Assembly (NCBI RefSeq): GCF_963506605.1
Contig: NC_083288.1
Location: forward strand, 29,388,001-29,452,000
Length of the DNA stretch: 64,000 nt
Direction of reading: 5' to 3'
DNA from: Zootoca vivipara
Taxonomy: Eukaryota
Made by a program: the position numbers and the translations under genes. The notes beneath the pieces are model-generated. The model saw only the letters and a program-made list of their open reading frames with translations. It ran no database searches and had not been told where the DNA came from. This document shows positions 12,025-24,350 of this stretch, piece after piece (the first letter of the stretch is position 1; every line of letters starts with the position of its first letter).

Positions 12025-12225
12025 CTTATTGTCGTTGTATTGCACCTTTCCTCCACAGAGCTGAAGGGCATCCTTCCCAAGTCTAACCTCCAGATAGCTC
12101 TGTAAGATAGCTTAGCCTGAGAAAATTGATGAAAAGTCACCCAATTATCTTAATGGCTGAGCAGAGATTTGAACCTGGGTTCCCTAGTCCTAGTCCAACA
12201 CTCTAAGTGCTACACTGTACTGGCT
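12025..12225 (-). mobile_element. Degenerate MIR/Ther-like SINE (paralog ~39460-39658; truncated at ~4520-4585 and ~37770-37846)
   Basis: gatttgaacctgggttccctagtcctagtccaacactctaa...actggc is a reversed tRNA-like head followed by a CORE-like body. Confidence 0.6.
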
Positions 12226-13364
12226 CAGAATAGTCAGAATAATTTATTTATGTTAATCAGATTCAGTACTTAATTGGAGTTGCAGCTTGACATCTTGGAC
12301 AATAAAAAAGATATAACAACCATGTAGGTTTTGAAATCAGTTTTCCATTCATCAACACTTCACTCTTAAGAATCCCTTACATACGACTGAAGTTAAGGGT
12401 CAGGGTTTAAAGATAGAAGGGAAATAATGGTAGGAAATATAGACAATTGCATCACTTGTTTTGTAAATCAGGATTTGCAAATCCTCATGGTGATGTTCTC
12501 CAAGGAGGGACTCTCTGAAACACTACAGAAAGCACTGAGGCGCAATTGGTCCTTCTTTGTCACAAACTATAAATCATCTACTAAAGACCGCACTTCAACA
12601 TTTTTACACTTTCATCTTCCAGACAAAGACAGAGGTGAGTAGAATCCTATTAGCTCATCCTCAGTGCAGACTAGGGCACATATTTCAGTTCCAAAAAAAA
12701 CTGAAAAAAGGTTGAATACGATATAATGTAATACTATGATGTATCATGCATTCTTATCTCTTCCCATGCGTTTAGAACATCATAGCACTTTACTATCGGA
12801 CTTGATTATTGCACTTTATACTGGACTTTTAAGACTTTGAGCATGAGATTTTGTACACATTTATGAAACTCCTTGTCTAGGTGAAGGTTGTTGGTGCATA
12901 TATTTTTAAATATTTGCACTTTATGGTGGTTTACCTTTTCATTGTTTTGCTAACATCACCATGTTGTCTGTTTGTTGCTATTTACATCTAATAGCAAGGT
13001 TGCCCTTATGATCTATGGATCTAGGATTTGATTCTGCTTTCTCATTCTTGATTCAACATGAAACCAAGATGTGTCTTTGCTGAGATGCTCCCCATGCTCC
13101 CTGCCAACTCTAAAATTCTATTTGTACTGTACTGGGAAGAATGAATGATGTCAGTTGAATGTCTACTGCTGGCATCACTCATTACCTCATATTGAGAAAG
13201 GGGGCAAACCCCACATACAATTGCCTACATATTCCCTCAACCACCAGACTTTCATTAACTCCTTTCTAATTTTAGGTGTTACAAACACTTCTGCTGGTGC
13301 TGATAAAATGCAATAACAGAGCTACTCTTCAAGAAATTGTTCGATGAAATATTAAAGAATTAAG

Positions 13365-14300
13365 ATGGCCAACCAGACTACACTGACAGAATTTCTTCTG
13401 ATGGGGTTTTCCAGTGACCGAGAAGGAGAACTGTTTTACCCTGTGATATTTCTTTCCATTTATTTAATAGCCTTAGTGGGAAATTTCCTCATCATCATTG
13501 CTGTTGCTCTGAACCACAAACTGCACACTCCTATGTACTTCTTTCTGGTCAACCTATCATTATCAGACATTTGCTACATCTCAACCACAATCCCCAAATC
13601 CATAGCTGCTTCTTTGTCAGATGACAAAAGGATTTCTTTTGCTGGCTGTGTTGCACAGGTTTTCTTAGTTGTGAATTTTGTAGGTTCTGAGCTTGCCTTG
13701 CTCACAATCATGGCTTATGATCGCTACGTTGCAATCTGCCATCCTCTGCAGTATGAGCTAATCATGAACTGGGATGCCTGCATCCAAATGGCAGCTACTT
13801 CCTGGATAAGCAACCTAATTCATTCGTCATTACATACCATTATCACTTTCAGGCTTCATTTCTGTGGGTCCAATATTATTGGGCAGTATTTCTGTGATAT
13901 CCCTCAGCTGCTAAAGATTTCTTGTACTGACACAAAGTTTAACCTAATTTTGATTTTTGCCATCGGGATTACAGTAGATTCATTTTGTGGAGGGTTCATC
14001 TTTGTTTCCTATGGCTACATCTTCTCTGCTGTGCTGAGAATCCCATCTGTTCAAGGCAGATATAAAGCTTTCTCTACCTGCACCCCCCACCTGACTGTCT
14101 TTTCTATATTCATCATCACAGCTGTGTTTTCATACATGAGACCTAAAGAGCTTTCTTCTACAATGATGGATTTGCTCTCTGCTGTATTGTATAATGTTTT
14201 GCCACCACTACTGAATCCCATTATTTATAGCTTGCGGAACAAAGACATCCAAGAGGCTGTGTTGAAAATACCGAAAAGAATTAGAAATCTCCTAGCATGA
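13365..14300 (+). CDS. Olfactory receptor, family 14-like (311 aa)
   Basis: Complete OR motif set; upstream donor GT at 12635 and acceptor ttttag at ~13275. Confidence 0.97.
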   Translation: MANQTTLTEFLLMGFSSDREGELFYPVIFLSIYLIALVGNFLIIIAVALNHKLHTPMYFFLVNLSLSDICYISTTIPKSIAASLSDDKRISFAGCVAQVFLVVNFVGSELALLTIMAYDRYVAICHPLQYELIMNWDACIQMAATSWISNLIHSSLHTIITFRLHFCGSNIIGQYFCDIPQLLKISCTDTKFNLILIFAIGITVDSFCGGFIFVSYGYIFSAVLRIPSVQGRYKAFSTCTPHLTVFSIFIITAVFSYMRPKELSSTMMDLLSAVLYNVLPPLLNPIIYSLRNKDIQEAVLKIPKRIRNLLA

Positions 14301-15057
14301 TTTCTTGCAGGGTGTCTCATACACATCACAAGTCCTGTGCATTGCATAAAAATGCAAATGTCAGTGAAAATACCTTAAAATGCATTTTTTTTATGTTACT
14401 GTGTGTTGCAAATAGAAGTGTATTGGGCAGATTTGCATTTAAAATGTTTATATTAGGAACACTTCACACAAAAAGCCTGATGAGTTTTCATTAGGACCTT
14501 ACACACACACACAGACACACACACACATACACACAGTATGACGATGTGGAAACGTGAGAAACTGGATTGAATGCTAAGAAATGGAAAGAAAATGTAATTG
14601 ACACATTCAACCTGGCTACTCCCAGCTTGCTAAATTGGGTTTCTTTTTGAGTGGGGGTGTTAGGTGGGAGGAAGGGTAGAATAAGTCTTTGCACAAGTGA
14701 TGAGGTCACTGGACCACATTTGAATCCAATACTCTGTCCTGAGTTTCTCACATAACTGTGGCCCCTCCTCCTTCACTGCTTTAGAGGTGCGTTATTCTAG
14801 CACCATACTTACTAGGTCATGCATTTCGGTGTGCATGGTTAATTTTATTGGCATTTCTTTTTTAAAAGAGCTATATCACTTCAGTTCAATGAGTATCGGA
14901 ATACTTAATGTGTTTATTAGTAGTAGCTGTTTTGAGTCCGTATAATACACAAACACACACACACAAGTTCACTTTGGTTGCTTTATGTTGGCTTGAGGAT
15001 TAGGTGCAAATTTTGATGGGTTATTTTACCTAGGATTCTTGGTGCAGTATTCCTGAA

Positions 15058-15318
15058 TAGATTCATTTTGTGGGGGGTCCATCTTTGTTTCCTATGGCTA
15101 CATGTTCTCTGCTGTGCTGGGAATCCCATCTGTTCAAGGTAGATATAAAGCATTCTCTACCTGTATCCCCACCTGACTATTTTCTAAACTGTTTTCCTCT
15201 ACAGAATTGCTCCCTTCTGTACTGTATACTGTTTTGCCACCATTACTGAATCCCATAATTATCTATAGCTTCAGAAACAAGAACATCCAAGAGGCAGTGC
15301 TGTAAATACCGAAAAAGG
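15058..15318 (+). pseudogene. Truncated OR14-like TM5-TM7 fragment
   Basis: Paralog of 7418-7716 with a further internal deletion. Confidence 0.85.
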
Positions 15319-15467
15319 TAAAAGGTCTTCAATTATGTTTGCGTAAGCTGTGTCTCACACTTATTCCAGGTTATTACACAGGTTTCTAGCGCCCACTTTT
15401 GTGTGATGTCCCTTAATTCTGGCCTTTGTCCTGTTTTACAGCTTACACTTTGTTAAAATGCCCATAT

Positions 15468-15776
15468 GTAAAGGGACCCCTGACCATTAGGTCCAGTCAT
15501 GACCGACTCTGGGGTTGGGGCACTCATCTCGCGTTATTGGCCGACGGAGCCGGCGTACAGCTTCCAGGTCATGTAGCCAGCATGACCTGGAAGGTCGTTA
15601 ACCTTCCCACCGGAGTTATTTATCTGCTTGCACTTTGATGTGCTTTCAAACTGCTAGGTTGGCAGGAGCTGGGACCAAGCAACAGGAGCTCACCCAGTCA
15701 CAAGGATTCGAACCACGACCTTCTGATGGGGAAGCCCTAGGCACAGTGGTTTAACTCACAGCGCCCCCTGCGTCCC
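15468..15776 (-). mobile_element. Sauria SINE, internally deleted
   Basis: Reverse complement of the 1823-2171 family; same insertion site as 42667-43009. Confidence 0.9.
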
Positions 15777-16211
15777 GGAACATGCTATAGTGTGGACTAA
15801 AAATTCATCTTAAAATATATAGATAGATAGGTTAGAATGAAGCTCTTGCTCATATTATGTACCTCCCGTGGCTTTGGAAACGAAGTTCCCAAATGCAAGA
15901 AGTGCTCACATTTTTATGTACAAAACAAATATGGGGGGGGGGAGTCATGACAAAGAACTGAAAAATGTGTATTTTACCAGAGCAGTGTGTACGGAAAGTG
16001 TACAAAATGGTTGCAATTTAAATGCAGAGATTTTGTTCCTTTAAAAAAGGAAAAAAAGATCAGCACAAAAGAGGATGGACTTGACCTATCACTGATTATG
16101 TTCATTTATTTCAAACGAATAAAAATGAAAGGACTGCACACTCACTCATTTAAAGGTAAAGTAATAATACTCAACCAAATGTAGAGATTTTTCAGTAAGT
16201 TTCATATTTGG

Positions 16212-16280
16212 CATAGCTGCCAAGTTATCCCTTTTTTCACCTCCATTTTTATGCAATCTATCTATAATTTGGCATCTATG
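16212..16280. mobile_element. Degenerate MITE of the catagctgccaa TIR family
   Basis: catagctgccaagtt...aatttggcatctatg; no clear TSD. Confidence 0.6.
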
Positions 16281-18099
16281 CTGCCCTGAGAGAGAATACT
16301 CCTGAATTTGCCAATAGGGTGGAAAACACTTAAGTTACAGGTAGTAGAAAACACGATGCCTCTCCACAAATACAAAAACAAGAGCTAATACAATTCATAA
16401 AATCAGCTAAGCTGTTTTTGAAGAGTGGGAAAGTAGATATTCAATTTTAGTTTGCATCTTGAATTCCTTTTCAGAAGCAAAATAGTGCAAAAACTAGTGA
16501 AAATCAGATGATTGGCCACTAGGCCTTTAAATCCTTTAAATGTGTTGAGACTCCCATTTACTGTGCACTGACTGTGTTTCCTTTGTTGGTTTTTTTTAAT
16601 TCAGGTTCTTATAATGCTATCCAAAACGCATATCTCTGTACCTTTGAAATAACATGTGGCTGTTTAATGTATTGCTTCATGCCAACCCAAATCTCTGAGC
16701 CGTGCAAGATCTCAAAGGTTCCAGGGTTTGTTTTTCCCTTGGAATGAGGTGTAGTAGAGACTGTGTGGTCTATAGGCTATATGGTTTATTTAAACATATA
16801 TACAACCTGAGTCTACATTGCAGGGTTCTCAGCATTATCACCCCAAGAGGGTCTTGCTTCTCTCATAGCTGCAGCTTTGAATATAAACAGAAATCAAGCA
16901 TCTTTCTCTTTTCCAGCTTCCCAGCCTGCTTCATCCAGTTTCCAGCTCCCATTATCCCACCCTCAACTCTTGCCATTGTATTTCTAACTATCAGGAAGTT
17001 GAAGGAGGGGCCCCACCCATTTGCTACCTGGCAGAGAGCCTCTCCTTTTTTGTTACCTTAATGGCCAATTCCCATAACAGGAAGCTAGCCGGGCTATTCT
17101 AGGAATGACTGCTCCACACATCAATGGGGCCCCCAGATCCCAGAGGGCGACTCCCTGGTAGTTCGGGGCTGGCACCGCCTTCCCAGGTAGGATGCCAGGG
17201 GTCTCGGCCTGCCCAAGCCTAGCATCCAATCTGTTGTCCCTGGGGAGTGTTGGCCCTTCCCCCATGTATCTCCATTCCTTGGCCCCCACCCTTGGAGAAG
17301 GAACTGTCAGCTTCTGGGTTCTATTTCCCAGCATGCTCTTTTGTCTGAGCCCTCTGTTGTCCCTGGGGAGTGTTGTCCCCTCCTTCCTGTATCTCCATAC
17401 ATTGGACCCTGCGCGTGCATCATGAACATTTTTTATATAAGCAGAAGTTATTATTGTTTAATTTCATTTTTTGGGTTGTCATTTATTTTGGTGGGTATTG
17501 TATGACTTGGGCGTTGCTGTGTGTTTTGTGGTGGTTTTTTGGTTATCTGGATTTTCTAATTTTGGAGTAGGTGTTTTGAATGTAGGGTGTGGTTTTGGTT
17601 TTAACACACATGCCTTTCTCAGGCGGGCAATAGTGTGTTAAAGAGAAGGCACTCTGCGGAGAAGGCACTTTGCGTATGGTCAGAGGCACCCTCCACGCGG
17701 AATGTGGGTACCTTAGAATCGAGCAAAAAAGAAAAAGTGCTGCAAGGGTGGGGAGGGAAAGGTCCCACTCGAGGAGGAAGGTGGGCTGACATCGGATGAG
17801 TTGATTATGGCACTGTATTTAAAAAGTCATTTGTGCCTATTGGTTTAGTACTGAGTTGAACCAATGTGGCTATGGGTATATGGCTCATTAATAAATTATT
17901 TAAAGAGCATCGTTAATTAGTTAGATGGTGAATGTTTAATTAATGTACTATTAATTCCAAAACAAGCCAATGGGCCTTTTCTGGGCTTCACCAAGTGGCT
18001 ATATACTCCTGCTGCATTTCTTCCCCAGAGTGGTGCATGGCATCACAGCAGGCCTCCACATGGCTTCAAACATAACTCTGATTCAAGTGAATATTCTAC

Positions 18100-18650
18100 C
18101 TGCTCAGTCTCTAGGGACAGTAGGGAAAGAACTATTGCCCGCCTGAGAAAGAGTCAAGAGTGGGTCGAGAAACGCACAGTGAGATCATGGTCTCCCTACT
18201 GCCGTTCACGGATGGCTCGGCGCAGTTGTAGGTCTCCTTCCACCTCTAACCTATCTGACAATTCTTTGAGCCCTGAACTGCATAGGCCTCAGAGCAAGAG
18301 AGAAAGACCCCACAGAACCAAGAGAAGAGGACGTAAGTCTAGACAGGACTCATCGGATTCCTCACGTAGGTCTGACTACTTGAACATGGAGTGTGAGGAC
18401 CAGATCAAGGGTACTGGATCACAATGGCTAAATTGCCTGGTCTCCCAAAATGGGTCTGGAAAAGTAGAAAAAAGAGGCACAGGCGTGACAATGGTGTCAT
18501 AGCCCCTTGCGGTGAGGAGGGCTTAGACTCCAGGGAGGCACATTAGTGTCTAATTTTAAACATATGCGTCAGCCCCCTGGGATCCGCTTGCACACAAAGA
18601 TATGTGAGCGCATCCTCAATGGGGAGTTTATAGACATGTTTTCTTGCTGT
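18100..18650 (+). mobile_element. Ngaro/DIRS gag-like relic
   Basis: An R/S-rich ORF (18179-18502) is followed by degenerate PLGS..HTKICERILNGEFIDMF, resembling the KI..GEYID motif of Ngaro-type ORF1 (family assignment from memory). Confidence 0.55.
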
Positions 18651-18651
18651 G

Positions 18652-19440
18652 GTATAAAATCAAAACCTGGTAAGCAATGACCACATGGGAGAGACTTTGG
18701 AAAGTATATCTGAAATTTAGTTCATGTTATATGAAAATAATGTATAGATGGTGCTTAGAACTGTAATAAGTTAGCAAAAATGTATTAAAATGCTCCAAAT
18801 ATGTGCCGGAAATACCAACAGGAGGAAGGGTCATCTTATCACATGGTGGTGGTCCTGGGAAAAAGCCAAAGGGTTTTTGGGAAATGATATATAATGATTT
18901 GAAAAGGATGTTCAAACTGTTAATGCCTTAAAAAAAAAACCACAACAACAACATCAACCGAAGCATTTTTCCTAGGATAACAGGAATGGAAGTCCCCCCC
19001 AAAACTGACCAATTTATTTTTATATGCAACAACAGGAGCTACAACTTTATATGCACAGAAGTGGAAAAAAGAAGGATTACCAAGGAAGGAGAATTGGCTT
19101 ATGAAACTAATAGACTATGATGAAATGGCAAAAATTTACCACCAGACTAAGAGGACATAATGAGGAAGTGCATAAGGAGGAATTGAGGCCAATCATAGAT
19201 TATCTTTCAAAGTATCACCCATACATGAAGTTGCAGACAGGATTGGATTACTGAAAGATCTAATGATAGTGAAGTTCAGAGAATAAAGACATATGTATTG
19301 TAAAAAAAAAGTTAATTAAAAAAATCATGAAAAGGAGGGGTGGGAAGTCAAGAAGAAGGGGTTGTGTCTTTTTTGTGTTTTTGTGTTGTTGTTTTTTGTT
19401 GTTGTTGTTTTGAAAATACATTTGTCAATGCCAATAAATG
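18652..19440 (+). mobile_element. L1-clade LINE 3' fragment (ORF2 C-terminus and 3' UTR)
   Basis: Degenerate WERLWK...MYRW...LAKMY...YH.WWS...FWEMIYNDLKRMF (zf-RVT region), YAQKWKKE, and AATAAA near 19433. Confidence 0.8.
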
Positions 19441-20885
19441 TTTTGGAATATTTTCGGATAAAATGATGTGTGGTAATCTGATGAGTTGATACAAATAAAA
19501 TTAATCTGATCTGTTTGCCCTTTTCCTGCAATCCAAATAATGTTTGCGCAAAATAAGCTCAAGTGAATTCATTTACGCTTATTGCTAGATAAATGGGATA
19601 ATGGGATCCTCCTAACTGAGGGTCCGCCTTGCATGTGGGCCCAAGGCACCCCCCCACACACACTATCCTTGAGGGGTGGGAGACTGAGCCCAGCCCACGT
19701 GATGCTCCCATGATCACACTATGGCCTATTGGCCAATCAGAGATCGGTGGTGTGATTGCGGGGGCATATAAAAGGTGGTTTTGCGTTTCTGGGGATTCAC
19801 CAGGATTCTCTGTCCAGGGCCGGCGCGCTCACTTAGGCTCAATCCCTGTTTGCCCATGATCTGTGTGCAGCTTTTGTGCTCCGGAAGGCTCTGGAGGGCT
19901 GGCATAGACTTCAACCATCTTCTGGTGTTAGCCACAGGCCTGCTACCTTTGACCTTTTATGTAAAATTTACAAAAAACTAAGATCTGTTTGCTGGTCCCA
20001 GTAAGAGGCATGGTTGTTCTCTGCCGCTTATTCTATGGCAATTTTTGGAGCTCAGAGTGGGTGAGGTTGTTTTTGAGGAGGTCCGTGGAGGAGTTCCTAG
20101 GGGTCTGCACTTAGAGGACATATATTTGGGAGAGGCAGAATTGGTGGTCCGGATTAGTTGGTAAAACTCAGACCAAAGGGGATAAGGGGGCCCTGCTTAA
20201 TTTGTCTGCAACGGCGTATGGAGGTCCCTGCCCTGTAAAAGACAGCCGGAGGTATTTACAGATCAGGCCTCCTGGAGTTCACCCGTTCTTGATTCATGAG
20301 GACGGAAACCCTTTAGCAAGGCATCTATTCACCAGGGTTGTGTGGAAGGCTATCACGGCCTGTGGCTTGCCAGCACTGGAATTTACTGCCCAGGATTCTT
20401 TCAGGATTGGCATCGCTACGACAGCAGTTCATTGGGGCCTTTCAGTGGACAGGAAAAAAAACTTGGGCCGGTGAGGTCTAATACCTATTAAGAAAACATT
20501 CGGAAAAGCAAGTACCGGTAGCATGTAATCCACCTCCTAACATGTTTTGTCTTTTCCTTTGTTTCAGTGCTGCCGGAGTTGCACATGTGGTTTGTGGGTC
20601 ACAGCATCATGAATTGGCCCGGTGTGTGTTTTGGTCGCAGTTCCTGGTGCATCAGATGTGGCGCAATAGTTCATGCCCAGCTGCTGCCAACAGAACCAGG
20701 AAGCATGTTGACCCTGAAGTGTCAAACAAGGTGTTGGCACTGGGTGGCAGAGTAAAACACCACCCTGGTATTCCCTTCAGTGATGGAGCCCTGTTTCGGG
20801 CTGATGGTTTGCATCTTTCCGATGGCGGAAATGATGTGTGGATGGACAAGATCGTTAGAGGTTTGAAAGATTGGAAGATTGGAAG

Positions 20886-21220
20886 CATAGCTGCCAAGTT
20901 CGGATCGTAAAGATCCGGTATCGGCAGCGCGTGACGCAACTTCCGGTGGCGCTTCGCCCTTCTATGGGCACCAGAAAATGGTGGCGCCAGCGCCGGAAGT
21001 CGCTTCCGCGCATGACCGGAAACACGTAAAAGCGACTTCCGACGCCGGCGCCGCCATTTTCTGATGCCCATAGAAGGGCAAAGCGGCACCAGAAAAATGG
21101 CCGCCGGGAAGAAGCAAATTAAAGGGACAATCCCGGGATTTTCTGCCAAACGGGAGACCGCCGGGAAAGGGTAAGAAAAAAGGGGTTTTCCTGGTGGATA
21201 CGGGATACTTGGCAGCTATG
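20886..21220. mobile_element. 335-bp hAT MITE, CpG-rich
   Basis: TIR catagctgccaagt/acttggcagctatg; perfect 8-bp TSD attggaag. Confidence 0.92.
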
Positions 21221-21405
21221 ATTGGAAGTGTGAGGGTATTGGCAGCGAGCATGGGGCTCGTGTGGTGGTTGGGCATGGGCTTATTGTGATGTCGTGGAAG
21301 AGACCTCAGCTTCCCCTCCAGGTACAAAGGTATTCCGTTAGAGGAATCTGCAGGTCTGGATCTCATCCAAAGTCTGCTTGCTGCCATGACCCAGCAGGAA
21401 CCCTT

Positions 21406-24350
21406 ATAGAATCATAGAATCATAGAATCATAGAGTTGGAAGAGACCACAAGGGCCATCCAGTCCAACCCCCTGCCAAGCAGGAAACACCATCAAAGCAT
21501 TCCTGACAGATGGCTGTCAAGCTTCTGCTTAAAGACCTCCAAAGAAGGAGACTCCACCACACTCCTTGGCAGCAAATTCCACTGCCGAACAGCTCTTACT
21601 GTCAGGAAGTTCTTCCTAATGTTTAGGTGGAATCTTCTTTCTTGTAGTTTGAATCCGTTGCTCCGTGTCCGCTTCTCTGGAGCAGCAGAAAACAACCTTT
21701 CTCCCTCCTTTATATGACATCCTTTTATATATTTGAACATGGTTATCATATCACCCCTTAACCTTCTCTTCTCCAGGCTAAACATACCCAGCTCCCTAAG
21801 CCGTTCCTCATAAGGCATCGTTTCCAGGCCTTTGACCATTTTGGTTGCCCTCTTCTGGACACGTTCCAGCTTATCAGTATCCTTCTTGAACTGTGGTGCC
21901 CAGAACTGGACACAATACTCCAGGTGAGGTCTGACCAGAGCAGAATACAGTGGTACTATTACTTCCCTTGATCTAGATGCTATACTCCTATTGATGCAGC
22001 CCAGAATTGCATTGGCTTTTTTAGCTGCTGCATCACACTGCTGACTCATGTCAAGTTTGTGGTCAACCAAAACTCCTAGATCCTTTTCACATGTACTGCT
22101 CTCAAGCCAGGTGTCTCCCATCCTGTATTTGTGCCTTTCATTTTTTTTGCCCAAATGTAGTACTTTACATTTCTCCTTGTTAAAATTCATCTTGTTTGCT
22201 TTGGCCCAGTTGTCTAATCTGTTAAGGTCATTCTGAAGTGTGATCCTGTCCTCTGGGGTGTTAGCCACCCCTCCCAACTTGGTGTCATCTGCAAACTTGC
22301 TCAGGATTCCCTCAAGCCCATCATCCAAGTCATTGATAAAGATGTTGAACAAGACTGGGCCCAAGACAGAACCCTGTGGCACCCCACTAGTCACTACTCT
22401 CCAGGATGAGGAGGAGCCATTGATGAGCACCCTTTGGGTTCGGTCAGTAATCCAGCTACAAATCCACTGAATGGTAGCATTGTCTAGCCCACATTTTACC
22501 AGCTTCTTTACAAGAATATCATGGGGCACCTTGTCAAAGGCCTTGCTGAAATCAAGATAGGCTACATCCACAGCGTTCCCTTCATCTACCAGGCTTGTAA
22601 TTCTGTCAAAAAATGAGATCAGATTAGTCTGACATGACTTATTTTTCAGGAACCCATGCTGACTTTTAGTGATCACAGAGTTTCTTTCTAGGTGCTCACA
22701 GACTGTTTGCTTAATGATCTGCTCTAGAATCTTTCCTGGTATTGATGTCAGGCTGACTGGGCGGTAATTGTTTGGGTCCTCTCTTTTCCCCTTTTTGAAA
22801 ATAGGGACAACATTTGCCCTCCTCCAGTCTGCTGGAACTTCGCCTGTTCTCCAGGAATTTTCAAAGATTATTGCCAGTGGTTCTGAAATCACCTCTGCCA
22901 GTTCTTTTAATACTCTTGGATGTAGTTCATCTGGCCCTGGAGACTTGAATACATCTAAACTAGCCAAGTATTCTTGTACTACCTCCTTACTTATTCTGGG
23001 CTGTGTTTCCCCTGCTGAATCATCTGCTCCATATTCTTCAGGTCGGGCGTTGTTTTCTTTCTTGGAGAAGACAGAGGCAAAGAAGGCATTGAGGAGTTCT
23101 GCCCTTTCTCTGTCCCCTGTTTGCATTTCACCATCTTCTCCTCTGAGTGACCCCACTGTTTCCTTGTTTTTCCTTTTGCTACGGACATACCCATAAAAGC
23201 CCTTTTTGTTGCTTTTAACCTCTCTGGCGAGCCTGAGTTCATTCTGTGCTTTAGCTTTTCTGACTTTGTCTCTACACGTGCTGGCTATATGTTTGAATTC
23301 CTCTCTGGAGATTTCCCCCCTTTTCCATTTTTTGTACATATCCCTTTTAAATCTTAACTCAGTCAAAAGTTCTTTAGATAGCCAGCCTGGCTTCTTTAGG
23401 CACCTTCCATGTTTCCGTCTCATTGGTATTGCCTGAAGTTGTGCTTTTAATATCTCCCTTTTAACAAACTCCCAACCATCATGAACTCCCTTCCCTTTTA
23501 GTATTACTGTCCATGGGATTTCACCCAGCGTTTCCCTAAGTTTTCTGAAGTCGGCTTTCTTAAAGTCTAGAATTTGGACCTTAGTATGCTTGGTTGCTCC
23601 TTTCCGCTGGATAATAAACTCCAGAAGAGCATGGTCACTCCCACCTAATGATCCTGCCACTTCTACCCCACTAACCAAGTCATCACTATTGGTTAGGACC
23701 AGATCTAAAATGGCTGATCCTCTTGTTGCTTCTCCCACTTTCTGGACAATGAAGTTGTCTGCAAGGCCAGTGAGGAATCTGTTCGACCTTATGCTCTTGG
23801 CTGAGTTTGACATCCAACAAATATCAGGATAGTTGAAATCCCCCATTACTACTATCTCACTTCCTTTGGAATGCTTGGCCATCTGTTCCAGGAAGGCATC
23901 ATCTGTGTCCTCAGTTTGGCTTGGGGATCTATAGTAAACTCCCACAATGAGATCACTGTTGTTTTTCTCTCCCTTAATTTTGACCCAGATACTCTCAATT
24001 TGGCTTTGAAGTTTTAAATCCTGGATCTCTTCACAGGTATACATATCCCTAACATATAAAGCTACTCCTCCTCCTTTCCTGTTTGGTCTATTTCTCTTAA
24101 ATAGATTGTATCCCTCTATTACTACATTCCAGTCATGAGACTCATCCCACCAGGTTTCAGTGATGCCTATTATGTCATATTTAGTTTGCTGTACCAAGAG
24201 CTCAAGTTCATCTTGTTTATTTCCCATGCTCTGTGCATTAGTATACAGACATTGAAGACCGTTGATCATTCCCCCATGTCTCTTATTTAAGGATATTTTC
24301 GTCCCACCACTAGGTCTGCATGCTGCTTGCTCCATTTGGTCCTTGACATT
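21406..24350 (-). mobile_element. CR1 LINE, 5'-truncated just upstream of ORF2
   Basis: (ATTCTATG)n 3' tail at 21406-21433; ORF2 present; no ORF1 seen. Confidence 0.96.
21492..24335 (-). CDS. CR1 ORF2: APE endonuclease plus reverse transcriptase (947 aa, uninterrupted)
   Basis: YTNA, ITETW, GDFN and SDH endonuclease motifs; [18 protein letters not shown] and FADD RT motifs; CR1 C-terminus RRLRGD...WN.LP. Confidence 0.95.
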   Translation of the reverse strand: MEQAACRPSGGTKISLNKRHGGMINGLQCLYTNAQSMGNKQDELELLVQQTKYDIIGITETWWDESHDWNVVIEGYNLFKRNRPNRKGGGVALYVRDMYTCEEIQDLKLQSQIESIWVKIKGEKNNSDLIVGVYYRSPSQTEDTDDAFLEQMAKHSKGSEIVVMGDFNYPDICWMSNSAKSIRSNRFLTGLADNFIVQKVGEATRGSAILDLVLTNSDDLVSGVEVAGSLGGSDHALLEFIIQRKGATKHTKVQILDFKKADFRKLRETLGEIPWTVILKGKGVHDGWEFVKREILKAQLQAIPMRRKHGRCLKKPGWLSKELLTELRFKRDMYKKWKRGEISREEFKHIASTCRDKVRKAKAQNELRLAREVKSNKKGFYGYVRSKRKNKETVGSLRGEDGEMQTGDRERAELLNAFFASVFSKKENNARPEEYGADDSAGETQPRISKEVVQEYLASLDVFKSPGPDELHPRVLKELAEVISEPLAIIFENSWRTGEVPADWRRANVVPIFKKGKREDPNNYRPVSLTSIPGKILEQIIKQTVCEHLERNSVITKSQHGFLKNKSCQTNLISFFDRITSLVDEGNAVDVAYLDFSKAFDKVPHDILVKKLVKCGLDNATIQWICSWITDRTQRVLINGSSSSWRVVTSGVPQGSVLGPVLFNIFINDLDDGLEGILSKFADDTKLGGVANTPEDRITLQNDLNRLDNWAKANKMNFNKEKCKVLHLGKKNERHKYRMGDTWLESSTCEKDLGVLVDHKLDMSQQCDAAAKKANAILGCINRSIASRSREVIVPLYSALVRPHLEYCVQFWAPQFKKDTDKLERVQKRATKMVKGLETMPYEERLRELGMFSLEKRRLRGDMITMFKYIKGCHIKEGERLFSAAPEKRTRSNGFKLQERRFHLNIRKNFLTVRAVRQWNLLPRSVVESPSLEVFKQKLDSHLSGML

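Noticed and set aside
20542-20910. SGNH domain as the ORF1 esterase of the adjacent CR1, or as a host gene
   Set aside because: It is on the opposite strand and at the CR1 3' side, directly follows a YR relic, and is frameshifted.
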